The notes: generated by a model from the sequence alone, not told the origin. A stretch of DNA of 53,965 nt from Prorocentrum cordatum (GCA_963575745.1 CAUYUJ010000278.1:62001-115965); one strand, 5' to 3'; counted from the stretch's first letter, positions 12,892-25,950 are shown. Program-made: numbers and translations.

Positions 12892-13472
12892 TTTAGGGTT
12901 TAGGGTTTAGGGTTTAGGGTTTAGGGCCTGCATGGGCGCAAGCGCGCGCTGGCTGCGATCCTCCCCTCATCAAGATTGTTGGGGAGGATCGCTGCCCAAG
13001 CCGCGCGCGCTATGAACTTGCATTCCCGCCCCAGACCACCCACAGTAAAGCCCTTTAGGGTTTAGGGTTTCTCCCCGGGGGGCTGTCGAAGTGCCGCGCG
13101 CAGGCGATCGCCGACGCGGCCGTGGCATTGCGCATCCACGTGAGCACGCGCGTTGGGCTGCCCCTGGCGCAGCATGTCCATGCGTTGACGCCTTTGCCTT
13201 CGGCACTGGGTTGTGACACTGGGCTGTGAATGCTGGGATGCGCGCGCGCGGCCGCGGCCGTGGCAATGCGCGCCGATGCGAACACGCGCGCAGGGTGCAT
13301 GGCGCTGGCGTGTCAGGTCGCCTCGTCGATGAGGCAGCCGTTTGCACCTTCGGCGTGGAGCTTCGCCGGTGGGCTGCCGCTGGCGCAGCAGTTCCACAGG
13401 GGTCCGGCATTTGCCTTCGGCATTGGAAAGCAGCACTGCGAAGGCGCTGGCGCAACAATCCCATGGGTCCCC

Positions 13473-16400
13473 GCTATCTCCGACCTATCTTTGAAGGGCG
13501 CCACAGACGGCGCCTTCGGCCTCGCCCCCGCGCTCGCTGCGGACGCGGCCCACGCCTGGCGTGGCGCCTGGCGCCCTCTGGGCGCTATCTCCGAGCTATC
13601 TTTGAAGGGCGCCACAGACGGCGCCTTCGGCCTCGCCCCCGCGCTCGCTGCGGCCGCGGCCCACGCCTGGCCTGGCGCCTGGCGCACTCTGGGCGCTATC
13701 TCCGAGCTATCTTTGAAGGGCGCCACAGACGGCGCCTTCGGCCTCGCCCCCCCGCCGCTGCGGCCGCGGCCCACGCCTGGCGTGGCGCCTGGCGCACTCT
13801 GGGCACTATCTCCGAGCTATCTTTGCAGGGCGCCACAGACGGCGCCTTCGGCCACGCCCCCGCGCCCGCTGCGGCCGAGGTCCACGTTTGGCGCGGCGCC
13901 TGGCGCACTCTGGGCGCTATCTCCGAGCTATCTTTGAAGGGCGCCACAGACGGCGCCTTCGCTATACCCTTTGCGCTCGCCGCGGCCGCCGCCCACGCCA
14001 GGCGTGCCTCGGGCGCTCGTGAGCGCTATCTCCGAGCTATCTTCGAAGGGCGCCACAGTCGGCGCCTTCGCTGTAGCCTTTGCGGCCGCTGCGGCCGCGG
14101 CCCACGCCAGGCGTGCCTCGGGCGCTCGTGAGCGCTATCTCCGAGCTACCTTTGAAGGACGCCACAGTCGGCGCCTTCGCTGTAGCCTTTGCGGCCGCTG
14201 CGGCCGCGGCCCACGCCAGGCGTGCCTCGGGCGCTCGTGAGCGCTATCTCCGAGCTATCTTTGAAGGACGCCACAGTCGGCGCCTTCGCTGTAGCCTTTG
14301 CGCCCGCTGCGGCCGCGGCCCACGCCAGGCGCGCCTCGGGCGCTCGTGAGCGCTATCTCCGAGCTATCTTTGAAGGACGCCACAGTCGGCGCTTTCGCTG
14401 TAGCCTTTGCGCCCGCTGTGGCCGCGGCCCACGCCAGGCGTGCCTCGGGCGCTCGTGAGCGCTATCTCCGAGCTATCTTTGAAGGACGCCACGGTCGGCG
14501 CCTTCGCTGTAGCCTTTGCGCCCGCTGCGGCCGCGGCCCACGCCAGGCGTGCCTCGGGCGCTCGTGAGCGCTATCTCCGAGCTATCTTTGGAGGACGCCA
14601 CAGTCGGCGCCTTCGCTGTAGCCTTTGCGCCCGCTGCGGCCGCCGCCCACGCCAGGCGTGCCTCGGGCGCTCGTGAGCGCTATCTCCGAGCTATCCTTGA
14701 AGGACGCCACAGTCGGCGCCTTCGCTGTAGCCTTTGCGCCCGCTGCGGCCGCGGCCCACGCCGGGCGTGCCTCGGGCGCTCGCGAGCGCTATCTCCGAGC
14801 TATCTTTGAAGGACGCCACAGTCGGCGCCTTCGCTGTAGAGTTTGCGCCCGCTGCGGCCGCGGCCCACGCCAGGCGTGCCTCGGGCGCTCGTGAGCGCTA
14901 TCTCCGAGCTATCTTTGAAGGACGCCACAGTCGGCGCCTTCGCTGTAGCCTTTGCGCCCGCTGCGGCCGCCGCCCACGCCAGGCTCATTGCCCTCGGGCG
15001 CTCAGTGGGCGGCTATCTCCGAGCTATCTTTGAAGGGCGCCACAGTCGGCGCCTTCGCTGTAGCCTTTGCGGCCGCTGCGGCCGCCGCCCACGCCAGGCG
15101 TGCCTCGGGCGCTCGTGAGCGCTATCTCCGAGCTATCTTTGAAGGACGCCACCGTCGGAGCCTTCGCTGTAGCCTTTGCGGCCGCTGCGGCCGCCGCCCA
15201 CGCCAGGCGTGCCGCGGGCGCTCGTCAGCGCTATCTCCGAGCTATCTTTGAAGGACGCTCCAGTTGGCGCCTTCGCTGTAGCCTTTGCGCCCGCTGCGGC
15301 CGCCGCCCACGCCGGGCGTGCCGCGGGCGCTCGTGAGCACTATCTCCGAGCTATCTTTGAAGGACGCCACCGTCGGCGCCTTCGCTGTAGCCTTTGCGCC
15401 CGCTGCGGCCGCCGCCCCCCCCCCCCCGCCCACGCCAGGCGTGGCCTCGGGCGCTCGTGAGCGCTATCTCCGGCTATCTTTGAAGGCGCCACCGTCGGAG
15501 CCTTCGCTGTAGCCTTTGCGGCCGCTGGGCCGCGCCCACGCCGGGCGTGCCGCGGGGCGCATTCTGGCGCTATCTCCGAGCTATTTTTGAAGGGCGTCAC
15601 AGTCGGCGCCTTCGCTGTAGCCTTTGCGCCAGCTGCGGCCGCCGCCCACGCCAGGCGTGCCTCGGGCGCTCGTGAGCGCTATCTCCGAGCTATCTTTGAA
15701 GAACGCCACAGTCGGCGCCTTCGCTGTAGCCTTTGCGCCCGCTGCGGCCGCGGCCCACGCCAGGCGTGCCTCGGGCGCTCGTGAGCGCTATCTCCGAGCT
15801 ATCTTTGAAGGGCGCCACCGTCGGCGCTTTCGCTGTAGCCTTTGCGCCCGCTGCGGCCGCCGCCCACGCCAGGCGTGCCTCGGGCGCTCGTGAGCGCTAT
15901 CTCCGAGCTATCTTTGAAGGACGCCACAGTCGGCGCCTTCGCTGTAGCCTTTGCGCCCGCTGCGGCCGCGGCCCACGCCGGGCGTGCCTCGGGCGCTCGT
16001 GAGCGCTATCTCCGAGCTATCTTTGAAGGACGCCACAGTCGGCGCCTTCGCGGTAGCCTTTGCGCCCGCTGCGGCCGCCGCCCAGGCCAGGCGTGCCGCG
16101 GGCGCTCGTGAGCTCTATCTCCGAGCTATCTTTGAAGGACGCCACAGTCAGCGCCTTCGCTGTAGCCTTTGCGCCCGCTGCGGCCGCGGCCCACGCCGGG
16201 CGTTGCTCGGGCGCTCGTGAGCGCTATCTCCGAGCTATCTTTGAAGGACGCCACAGTCGGCGCCTTCGCTGTAGGGTTTGCGCCCGCTGCGGCCGCGGCC
16301 CACGCCAGGCGTGCCCCGGGCGCTCGTGAGCGCTATCTCCGAGCTATCTTTGAAGGACGCCACAGTCGGCGCCTTCTCTGTAGCCTTTGCGCCCGCTGCG

Positions 16401-19400
16401 GCCGCCGCCCACGCCAGGCGTGCCTCGGGCGCTCGTGAGCGCTATCTCCGAGCTATCTTTGAAGGACGCCACAGTCGGCGCCTTCGGTGTAGCCTTTGCG
16501 CCCGCTGCGGCCGCCGCCCACGCCGGGCGTTCCTCGGGCGCTCGTGAGCGCTATCTCCGAGCTATCTTTGAAGGTCGCCACCGTCGGCGCCTTCGCTGTA
16601 GGGTTTGCGCCCGCTGCGGCCGCAACCCACGCCAGGCGTGCCTCGGGCGCTCGTGAGCGCTATCTCCGAGCTATCTTTGAAGGACGCCACCGTCGGCGCC
16701 TTCGCTGTAGCCTTTGCGCCCGCTGCGGCCGCCGCCCACGCCAGGCGTGCCTCGGGCGCTCGTGGGCGCTATCTCCGAGCTATCTTTGACGGACGCCACA
16801 GTCGGCGCCTTCGCTGTAGCCTTTGCGCCCGCTGCGGCCGCCGCCCGCGCCAGGCGTGCCTCGGGCGCTCGCGAACGCTACCTCCGAGCTATCTTTGAAG
16901 GACGCCACCGTCGGCGCCTTCGCTGTAGCCTTTGCGCCCGCTGCGGCCGCAACCCACGCCAGGCGTGCCTCGGGCGCTCGTGAGCGCTATCTCCGAGCTA
17001 TCTTTGAGGGACGCCACCGTCGGCGCCTTCGCTGTAGCCTTTGCGCTCGCTGCGGCCGCCGCCCACGCCGGGCGTGCCTCGGGCGCTCGTGAGCGCTATC
17101 TCCGAGCTATCTTTGAAGGACGCCACAGTCGGCGCCTTCGCTGTAGCCTTTGCGCCCGCTGCGGCCGCCGCCCACGCCAGGCGTGCCTCGGGCGCTCGTG
17201 AGCGCTATCTCCGAGCTCTCTTTGAAGGACGCCACAGTCGGCGCCTTCGCTGTAGCCTTTGCGCCCGCTGCGGCCGCCGCCCACGCCAGGCGCGCCGCGG
17301 GCGCTCGTGATCGCTATCTCCGAGCTATCTTTGAAGGACGCCACAGTCGGCGCCTTCGCTGTAGCCTTTGCGCCCGCTGCGGCCGCCGCCCACGCCAGGC
17401 GTGCCTCGGTCGCTCGTGAGCGCTATCTCCGAGCTATCTTTGAAGGTCGCCACAGTCGGCGCCTTCGCTGTAGCCTTTGCGCCCGCTGGGCTGCGCCGCC
17501 GGCGCCAGGCGTGCCTCGGGCGCTCTGGCGCTTTTTGTTAATCTCCGGGGCTATCTTTGAAAGGCCGCCACCGTCGGAGCCTTCGCTGTAGCCTTTTGCG
17601 GCCGCTGCGGTGGCGCCGCACACCCCCCCCCCCCCACGCCAGGCGCGCCTCGGGCGCTCGTCAGCGCTATCCCCGAGCTATCTTCGAAGGACGCCACAGT
17701 CGGCGCCTTCGCTGTAGCCTTTGCGCCCGCTGCGGCCGCAACCCACGCCAGGCGTGCCTCGGGCGCTCGTGAGCGCTATCTCCGAGCTATCTTTGAAGGA
17801 CGCCAACGTCGGCGCCTTCGCTGTAGCCTCTGCGCCCGCTGCGGCCGCGGCCCACGCCAGGCGTGCCTCGGGCGCTCGTGAGCGCTATCTCCGAGCTATC
17901 TTTGGAGGACGCCACAGTCGGCGCCTTCGCTGTAGCCTTTGCGCCCGCTGCGGCCGCGGCCCACGCCAGGCGTGCCTCGGGCGCTCGTGAACGCTATCTC
18001 CGAGCTATCTTTGAAGGACGCCACAGTCGGCGCCTTCGCTGTAGCCTTTGCGCCCGCTGCGGCCGCCGCCCACGCCAGGCGTGCCTCGGGCGCTCGTGAG
18101 CGCTATCTCCGAGCTATCTTTGAAGGTCGCCACCGTCGGCGCCTTCGCTGTAGGGTTTGCGCCCGCTGCGGCCGCAACCCACGCCAGGCGTGCCTCGGGC
18201 GCTCGTGAGCGCTATCTCCGAGCTATCTTTGAAGGACGCCACCGTCGGCGCCTTCGCTGTAGCTTTTGCGCCCGCTGCGGCCGCGGCCCACGCCAGGCGT
18301 GCCTCGGGCGCTCGTGAGCGCTATCTCCGAGCTATCTTTGAAGGACGCCACAGTCGGCGCCTTCGCTGTAGCCTTTGCGCCCGCTGCGGCCGCCGCCCAC
18401 GCCAGGCGTGCCTCGGGCGCTCGTGAGCGCTATCTCCGAGCGATCTTTGAAGGACGCCACCGTCGGCGCCTTCGCTGTAGCCTTTGCGCCCGCTGCGGCC
18501 GCCGCCCACGCCAGGCGTGCCTCGGGCGCTCGTGAGCGCTATCTCCGAGCTATCTTTGAAGGACGCCACAGTCGGCGCCTTCGCTGTAGCCTTTGCGCCC
18601 GCTGCGGCCGCCGCCCACGCCAGGCGTGCCGCGGGCGCTCGTGAGCGCTATCTGCGAGCTATCTTTGAAGGACGCCACAGTCGGCGCCTTCGCTGTAGCG
18701 ATTGCGGCCGCTGCGGCCGCGGCCCACGCCAGGCGTGCCTCGGGCGCTCGTGAGCGCTATCTCCGAGCTATCTTTGAAGGACGCCACAGTCGGCGCCTTC
18801 GCTGTAGCCTTTGCGCTCGCTGCGGGCGCGGCCCACGCCAGGCGTGCCTCGGGCGCTCGTGAGCGCTATCTCCGAGCTATCTTTGAAGGACGCCACAGTC
18901 GGCGCCTTCGCTGTAGCCTTTGCGCCCGCTGCGGCCGCCGCCCACGCCAGGCGTGCCTCGGGCGCTCGTGAGCGCTATCTCCGAGCTATCGTTGAAGGAC
19001 GCCACCGTCGGCGCCTTCGCTGTAGCCTTTGCGCCCGCTGCGGCCGCCGCCCACGCCAGGCGTGCCTCGGGCGCTCGCGAGCGCTATCTCCGAACTATCT
19101 TTGAAGGACGCCACAGTCGGCGCCTTCGCTGTAGCCTTTGCGCCCGATGCGGCCGCGGCCCACGCCAGGCGTGCCTCGGGCGCTCGTGAGCGCTATCTCC
19201 GAGCTATCTTTGAAGGACGCCACAGTTGGCGCCTTCGCTGTAGCCTTTGCGGCCGCTGCGGCCGCCGCCCACGCCAGGCGTGCCTCGGGCGCTCGTGAGC
19301 GCTATCTCCGAGCTATCTTTGAAGGACGCCCCAGTCGGCGCCTTCGCTGTAGCCTTTGCGCCCGCTGCGGCCGCCGCCCACGCCAGGCGTGCCTCGGGCG

Positions 19401-19550
19401 CTCGTGAGCGCTATCTCCGAGCTATCTTGAAGGACGCCACACAGTTCGCGCTTCGCTGTAAGCTTTGCGGCCGCTGCGGCCGCTCCGCCCGACGCCAGGC
19501 GGGGCCTCGGGCGCCTCCTGAGCGCTATCTCGCGAGCTGTCTTTGAACGA
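13473..19550. repeat. 109-bp tandem satellite, ~55 copies; first four are a ~111-bp variant
   Basis: Unit GCTATCTCCGAGCTATCTTTGAAGGACGCCACAGTCGGCGCCTTCGCTGTAGCC... ORF starts recur every 109 bp. Confidence 0.97.
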
Positions 19551-19559
19551 CGCCGCAGC

Positions 19560-20258
19560 TTGCCTGGGAACCGCTTGGGAGCGCCAGGGAGCGATCCGGG
19601 AGAGCGCCTGGGAGCGCATGGGAGCGCACTCGGAAGAGGAGAGGCGACGCACGGGCAGCGTTGGAGAGTGTGTTTCACGGCATGACACGCGCACGTGTTC
19701 GCAGGTTGGAAGGGGGAGAGCGAGGGGGAGGGTCTGGCTCACCCTCGCACACTGTTGAAATGAACATGCGTTACCAGGGACGAGTTGCTCGCGCACAGGT
19801 CTAGGACACATTTTCGAACACATCTTTCGCAGAGGACAGTAGAGACAGATGTCTTGGCGATGTGCTGCAGTAGTCATTCGGAGCAGGGAGTGCTTCAAAT
19901 GGATGGACAGTTGCCTGGGAAGCGCTTGGGAGCGTCAGGGAGCATCCGGGAGAGCGCCTGGGAGCGCATGGGAGCGCACTCGGGAGAGGAGAGGCGACGC
20001 ACGGGCCGTGTTGGAGAGTGTGTTTTACGGCATGACACGCGCACGTGTTCGCAGGTTGGAAGGGGGAGAGCGAGGGGGAGGGTCTGGCTCACCCTCGCAC
20101 ACTGTTGAAATGAATATGCGTTGCCAGGGACGAGTTGCTCGCGCACAGGTCTAGGAAACATTTTCAAACACATCTTTCGCAGAGGACAGTAGAGACAGAT
20201 GTCTTGGCGATGTGCTGCAGTAGTCATTCGGAGCAGGGAGTGTTTCAAATGGATGGAG
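19560..20258. repeat. ~350-bp tandem duplication upstream of RepHel
   Basis: Copies start at ~19560 and ~19911. Matching ORF starts at 19785/20135 and 19849/20199. Confidence 0.92.
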
Positions 20259-20590
20259 ATATGCATGGGCGGTGCAGTTCTCAACGGCAGGGGCGGGCAT
20301 GCAGGGTTACCTCCGTTGTTCGAATGTCTGTCAGCGAATGCAGGAGAGCGCGGATGCAATTTGCGAGCTTTGGGTGCGAGATGCATTGGCGATGCGTCCC
20401 AGCATGTCGCGGTGGAGGCATGTGGTGCCTTGGAATCTGCCTATTCTCACCGCAACATCAGTCGCGATGTCGTTGGTTCCGTTGCCGCTTTGGCTCAAGC
20501 CTGATTTCGCCACCGCTTGGCACGCGCACCTGGCAGCCATCGTTGGCAGGCATCAGCCTTCGCATCCACCTTCAGCGCACTCTCGCGGCG

Positions 20591-23500
20591 ATGGGCCCTC
20601 GGCGCTGCTCTGGCTTTGCGACCGACGACGGGATCGTCATCGAGTGCTGCTTCAATCCGTGGAAGAAGGGCAAGCGCGCGCAGGGCAAGTTCGAGGGGAA
20701 GTGTCAGTGGTGCTCTCCCATTCGCATGGCAACCATCTGCGCGACGCCGCAGCAGTCCAAGCTAACCGCGCACAGCCTGGCGAACCTGCACAAGCTTGAC
20801 ATCGGCATCTACGACATGGCCGTGGAGCGGGTGAAGATGCACGAGAGGGGCGATCAGCTCATTGCCCGCGCTGTCGGCATAATCTCGGAGCGCTCGCAGG
20901 TGGGCGTGCCGCCACCGCCGCCAATCGAGGGTGACCAGGGCAACGTGGTCTCGCAGCCCGCCGAGGAGGAGATTCCTGCTGCCATGGAGCCCGACGAGGG
21001 AGCAGCCGCAGCAGGGCCAGCAGCGGCAGCGGAGCCGCCGCCAGTACCCGCGGAAGGCGAGGGCGCGGCCGCTGGGCGCAGACGCAAGCGCCTCTGCGAG
21101 GGATACAACCTGGCGCGCGCCATGGGCCGCAGGCTCCGCAGCAAGGTGGACGAGGGGGTCTGCTTGTTCTCCCGAGAGCATCCTGGACAGCGTGCCATGG
21201 CGCTCGACGGGAAGTGCCTCTGGTGCACGCCTGCTCGCATGAAGGAGGCGGCAAGCAATCCCGCCAAGAAGAAACATGCCGTGACCGACCTGAAGAAGTT
21301 CGAAGCTCGCAACCCTGCGCTGAAGCCGAAGGCGCTGGGGCGGCTGCGCAGGCACCTCACTGCGCAGGAGTACAAGATCATCGTGACGCCGCACAACTGC
21401 TGTCGCGGCGCAGGGGATGCCATGTGCCCCTTCAGCACGGCGAACCCAGGGCAGCTCGCGCGAGTGGTGAAATCTGACAAGCGCCTGTGCAGCTGGTGCG
21501 ATCCGCAGAGATTGCATGACATGCAAAGCGTGAACCGAAGAGGATTGTTGAAGCAGCTGCAGATTTTCCGCGAGAAGGACGAGAGCGTCTTCGACAAGGC
21601 AGAAGCCATCTTGAAGGCTGTGTTCGGGAGCAACTACCGCGCGCAGATGAGGAAGAAGACGGTGCGCCAGAACCAGCAGGCGGCACGAGCCCCGAGGCGC
21701 AAGGGCACCACGAACTGGCCAGAGAAGTTGCAGAAGCGGAAGTTGGTGATGCAGGACCCCAAAGACAGCAAGGAGGCTCGCAAGAAGTTCCGCAAGCTCA
21801 CGCTGGACAACCACAAGAAGGTCGAGAATGCGTTCTTCAAGGACAAGGCCGAGCGGAAGGAGCGGGGGCGCGTCGACGAGGTGCCCAAGGGTCTTGCCTT
21901 GGACCCGCCGATAGAGCCAGCGGATTTCAGCGACCTCTCGAAGGGGCTGGAGTCCTGGGCTTTGCGCGGCTCCTGGGGAATGTGCAAGGAATGCGGCGTC
22001 CTGCAGCCGCGCCCGATGCACCAGATCGACATGTTCCGAGACGCCAGCGAGGAGATCTCGAAGAGCGCTTGCCGTCGCTGTAACGCCGCCCGAAAGATGC
22101 ACGTCCCGCAGCCTGAGGACGTGCCAGGGCCTCTCCGCGGACTGTCGGGGGAGATCGTGGAGGCCCTCCGGCCCATCGAGATCGACGTCGGCCCCGAGAC
22201 GCGCTCCACCGACTCAACCGGGCGCCCGAACGGCTACCGCAAGAAGGTGAAGATGATTACATTCTACTTCTCGCGGTGGAGCGTCAAGGACAAGATCAAG
22301 GAGCTGGAAGGTCGCGAAGCGCGCAGTAGAGCGCGGAAGGCACATGATTACCTCATGTCCTGCGAAGACTCCGCCTACGAGCACTTCCACGACATGCATG
22401 CCAAGTTCCTTCGCAGCCAGGGTGAGGATGCGCCCGACAGAAAGCGGGAGCGCCCGTACCACTTCCTCCAGGAGGTCGGGTTGGAATGCGCTCTGTGGCC
22501 GCACCTGTACTGGCGCACGGATATGACAGAGACGCACGAGCAGTGGTCCGACGCGCGCCGCCAGGAGAGGCGCGACGCCCAGGAGACGAGGAAGACGAAG
22601 GGCAAGGCCAAGTACCCATGCCAGTCGGACTCGGACGATGAGGAAGACGACGGCGACGACGCTGCAGGCAGTGGCCAGCGCACCAGCGTTAAGCGGTCTT
22701 TCATGATCAAGTGCTTGTCGCCACTGCTCGGGTACGGGTCCAACTTCGCTCTGCTGCAGTTCGTGTGCGACCTCAACCTGTGGGCTACGCTCGGGGCCAA
22801 GAAGAACCTTGGCTTGGACAACGTCCCGATGAGGGTACTCATGAAGGGTCACACCTTCTCGCCAATGTATTGGAAGGAGGTGCACAACGGCCTCGTCGAC
22901 CTGGTCCGACAGGTGGGCTTTCCGAAGCTCTTCTTCACCATCGCGCCCTGGGAGCCGTCCTTCAAGTACCGCGACTGGTTGCGCGACGAGATGGAGAAGT
23001 CGCTGAAGACCCGCATGAACTTGCCCGTCGGGGAAACCCTGCACATGTCCCACGTGTTGATGCAGACCATCGCGGGCTGTTGGCAGGGAACAATCAGCAG
23101 GCGCTGCATCAGGGAAACCGCTGCTGGACAAAGCACGTGTTCGCCGCGAAAGACGCCGACGGCAAGCAGGTCCGCGTGCAGACATTTACGCGGCTGGAGT
23201 TCCAGGACGGAAGCCGCAAGGAGGGCACGAAGCGCTACGACGGCTCTGGCCGCCCGCACCTGCACGTGTTGTTCTTCGCGGACGAGGGTGCCATGGCGAA
23301 CATGAAGCTAGAGCATCACCTCTTCGCAACGAAGCCCGAGCACTTCTCAGAACATCTGAAGGGGTACGTGGACGGCTCCCAGTTCAACAAATACGGCGAC
23401 GTAGAAAGCAAGTGGCCGATCTATCACGGACCACCAGGTGTCCACGGTGCCGACGGCGTCCTCCAGCTCAAGCACACAACGGAGAACCACGACGGTGGGA

Positions 23501-25950
23501 TGAGAGCGTATTGCGCTGACGTGATGGACGGCCTCCCGTGTCATCAAGATTGGCTCACCAGCGATGGCGAGGCCATGCTGTTACAATACGTTTCCAAGTA
23601 CGTCGCGAAGTTCTCAGACTCGAGCTACGACGAATGGATGAACGACCAGGCGTCCGCCGACAGCGTGGCACGCCGCGTATGCTTTGAGTACCACCCGTAC
23701 GAGCCGGAGATGATCCTCCAGCTGTGCGGCGCGCAGTTCAGGCAATATGAGATTTCCACGAGCAGTGGCGGATTCCGGACGGTGTCTGCGCCGTACGCGG
23801 GTATGGCCGAGGTGCCCGAGTTGGTGCACAGGTATGCCGGATGCTCCTGGCGCCACGAAGGAATGACCCTCCTAGAATGGTTGCGAAAGACAACAGACGA
23901 CGGTGCCATTGCCGGGTGGCTGAGGCGCAAGCACAAGCAGGAGCTAGTGCTGGCACTGTACCGCCGGTATCGTGCGTTCGCAGCCGAGGGCGAGGATTAC
24001 CTGACGCTCGACGCCTACTGGCGCAGCCTTCGGGCCGAATTCAAGGACGACGTGGCCGTGGACAATGGAAGCAACGTGAGTGACGGCGAGGGCGATGCGG
24101 AGGAGTGCACGCAGCCCGCGACCTTCGAGAAGTTTCTCTCGAAGAAGCACGACAGGGAGAGCAACGGCGAGCCCGACTTCCCCACGGGGGAGGAGTTCGC
24201 GCGGTCGTATAAGATGCAAGGCGAGAAGGTGGTCAGCGTCGACACCGTCTACGAACTCAACGACCGCTACTACGGCCAGTGGGCAGCCATGAACGTGCCC
24301 TTCCGGTCGCTTGACCAGTTGTTATTTGAGGACGTCGACAGGCTCGTCCCGCGCAGGTACCGATACTTAGCATCGGCGCTGCGGCTGTGCTCCGACCAGA
24401 GGCGCGTTGCCGAGGAGCATTGGAATCTGTTCACCGACGACAGGAGCCTGGTAGACTACATGAAGGCGTGCGCCAAGTCGCAGAAGTTCGTCGACAACGT
24501 GCAGCGCATGGTCATCGGTCAGAGGAAACTCGTCGATATGTACTTGACGGGCGTCCTCAACAAGGACGACGAGCAGGCCGCGGCTGATGCGGAGGCCGCT
24601 GTTGTTGGAAATCGCAGGCGGCCGCGCGACGACGCGGAAGGAGCTGCGCCTGTCGTATTCAACGACAAGCAGCTCCTCTTCGAGTCCGTGATTAACGACA
24701 GCGTGGACCGCGCAATCCTGGCAAATCATTCCGACGATTGGGAAGAGGCAGATGACGCGCGGGAGAACGCGCACCAGAACAACAAGCCAATCGTCTGCCT
24801 CGGGAAGCCAGGCACGGGCAAGACCACAGTGGTGAAGGCTTGCATCCGGCGCGCACAGGAGAAGGGCGGCCGCATTCTGTTTGCGCTTCCGACCGCGCAG
24901 CTGGCCAGTCGAATGCGCGGATCGCTGAGCGACCTCGAAGGCGACGGCGTGGAAGTGGCCGCGTGCCACGCAGCATTCAAGCTCAACGAGCCAATCACAG
25001 AGTCACTGCCTCTCATGACGCTCTACGACCTGGTCGTCGTAGACGAGGTGTCCCTCCTCGACTGCCAGCAGCTCGAGCGCATGATCAAGCTGTGGAAAGT
25101 GGCTGGGCAAGTGCCGACGCTCGTCTTCCTATGAGACAAGTACCAGCTGCCCGGCGTCGGGGAGACGCGTGCATGGGAGAGCGTCGCCTGGCCAAAGCCA
25201 CGGTGCTTCCACGCGAAGCTCACTGAAGCGTGGAGGTGCAAGGAGGAGCGTTTTCAAGATATCCTTGACGAGCTCCGAACTTCGAAGCCCAGCAAAGACA
25301 CGCTCAATCGTATTTGCCGCGGGCACATGGCCTGGAAGAAGGGCGACCCAACGCCTGCTGATCTCAAGAAGCTCTTCGACGAGTGCCCGAACACAACTAT
25401 CGTCACCTGCGCGCGCAGAGGGTCCACGGCCGTGAACGAAGCGGCGGTGGAGGCCATCTACGGGCGGAAGTCCCCACTGGTGACGCTCGACGGCGACGTG
25501 GAGCTCAACCCCGAGAACTACCGCGACGGCGAGTTCCGCACCGACAGGCGCCCGAGGCCGAGCAAAGTCCCGATCTACAAAGGCATGCGCCTGTACCTCG
25601 CGAAGAACGTCCGAAAGGAAGATGACTTCGTGAACGGCATGCTCTGCACGGTGGAGAACTACTACGCGGACGAGAGCATGCTGCGGGTGAAGACGAAGAC
25701 CGGAAAGCAGTTGGCCATCACCTTGTGGACCGACCGCGACAAGAACAATGCTGTGTACTTTCCCATCCGCATGGGCTACGCGAGCACTATCGACAAGGTC
25801 CAGGGAGACGAATTTCCTCACATCACTATCTACCTGGACGGGTGGCCGCGTCCCGCGGCAGGATACACGGCGCTCAGCCGCGTTGCCACGTCCGACTGCT
25901 ACAAGATCGGCGGACACGTAGATCGCGACCACTTCATCCCGGCCTTCTGA
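20591..25950 (+). pseudogene. Helitron-type RepHel transposase (Cys-rich N-terminus, HUH Rep endonuclease, PIF1/SF1B helicase), about 1,790 codons, with two disruptions
   Basis: ORFs 20135..23305, 22711..25134 and 25327..25950 join into one reading frame. Rep motifs: FFTIAPWE (22931), RLEFQDG...GRPHLHVLFF (HUH at 23257-23265), YVSKYVAK (23587-23610). Helicase motifs: GKPGTGKT (24802-24825), VVVDEVS (~25033-25053), FL*DKYQLPGV (motif III, stop where Gly is expected), GYASTIDKVQG, YTALSRV. Frameshift at ~23070, TGA at 25132-25134. ATG 20591 chosen because the upstream in-frame sequence begins in a non-coding duplication. Confidence 0.9.

Noticed and set aside
6..12900. Many long ORFs such as WERLGAPGSA..., ESSGGELWGRAL... 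and PRRSQAL...
   Set aside because: Translations of stop-poor 10-bp and 13-bp minisatellites, open in several frames on both strands.
13971..19546. Series of 89-aa ORFs, and possible CRISPR-like array
   Set aside because: The 109-bp period is not a multiple of three and the units are near-identical with no unique spacers, so this is a satellite.
20135..20590. N-terminal extension of the 1056-aa ORF
   Set aside because: Starts at a non-ATG codon inside the 350-bp duplication; protein-like sequence begins at ATG 20591.
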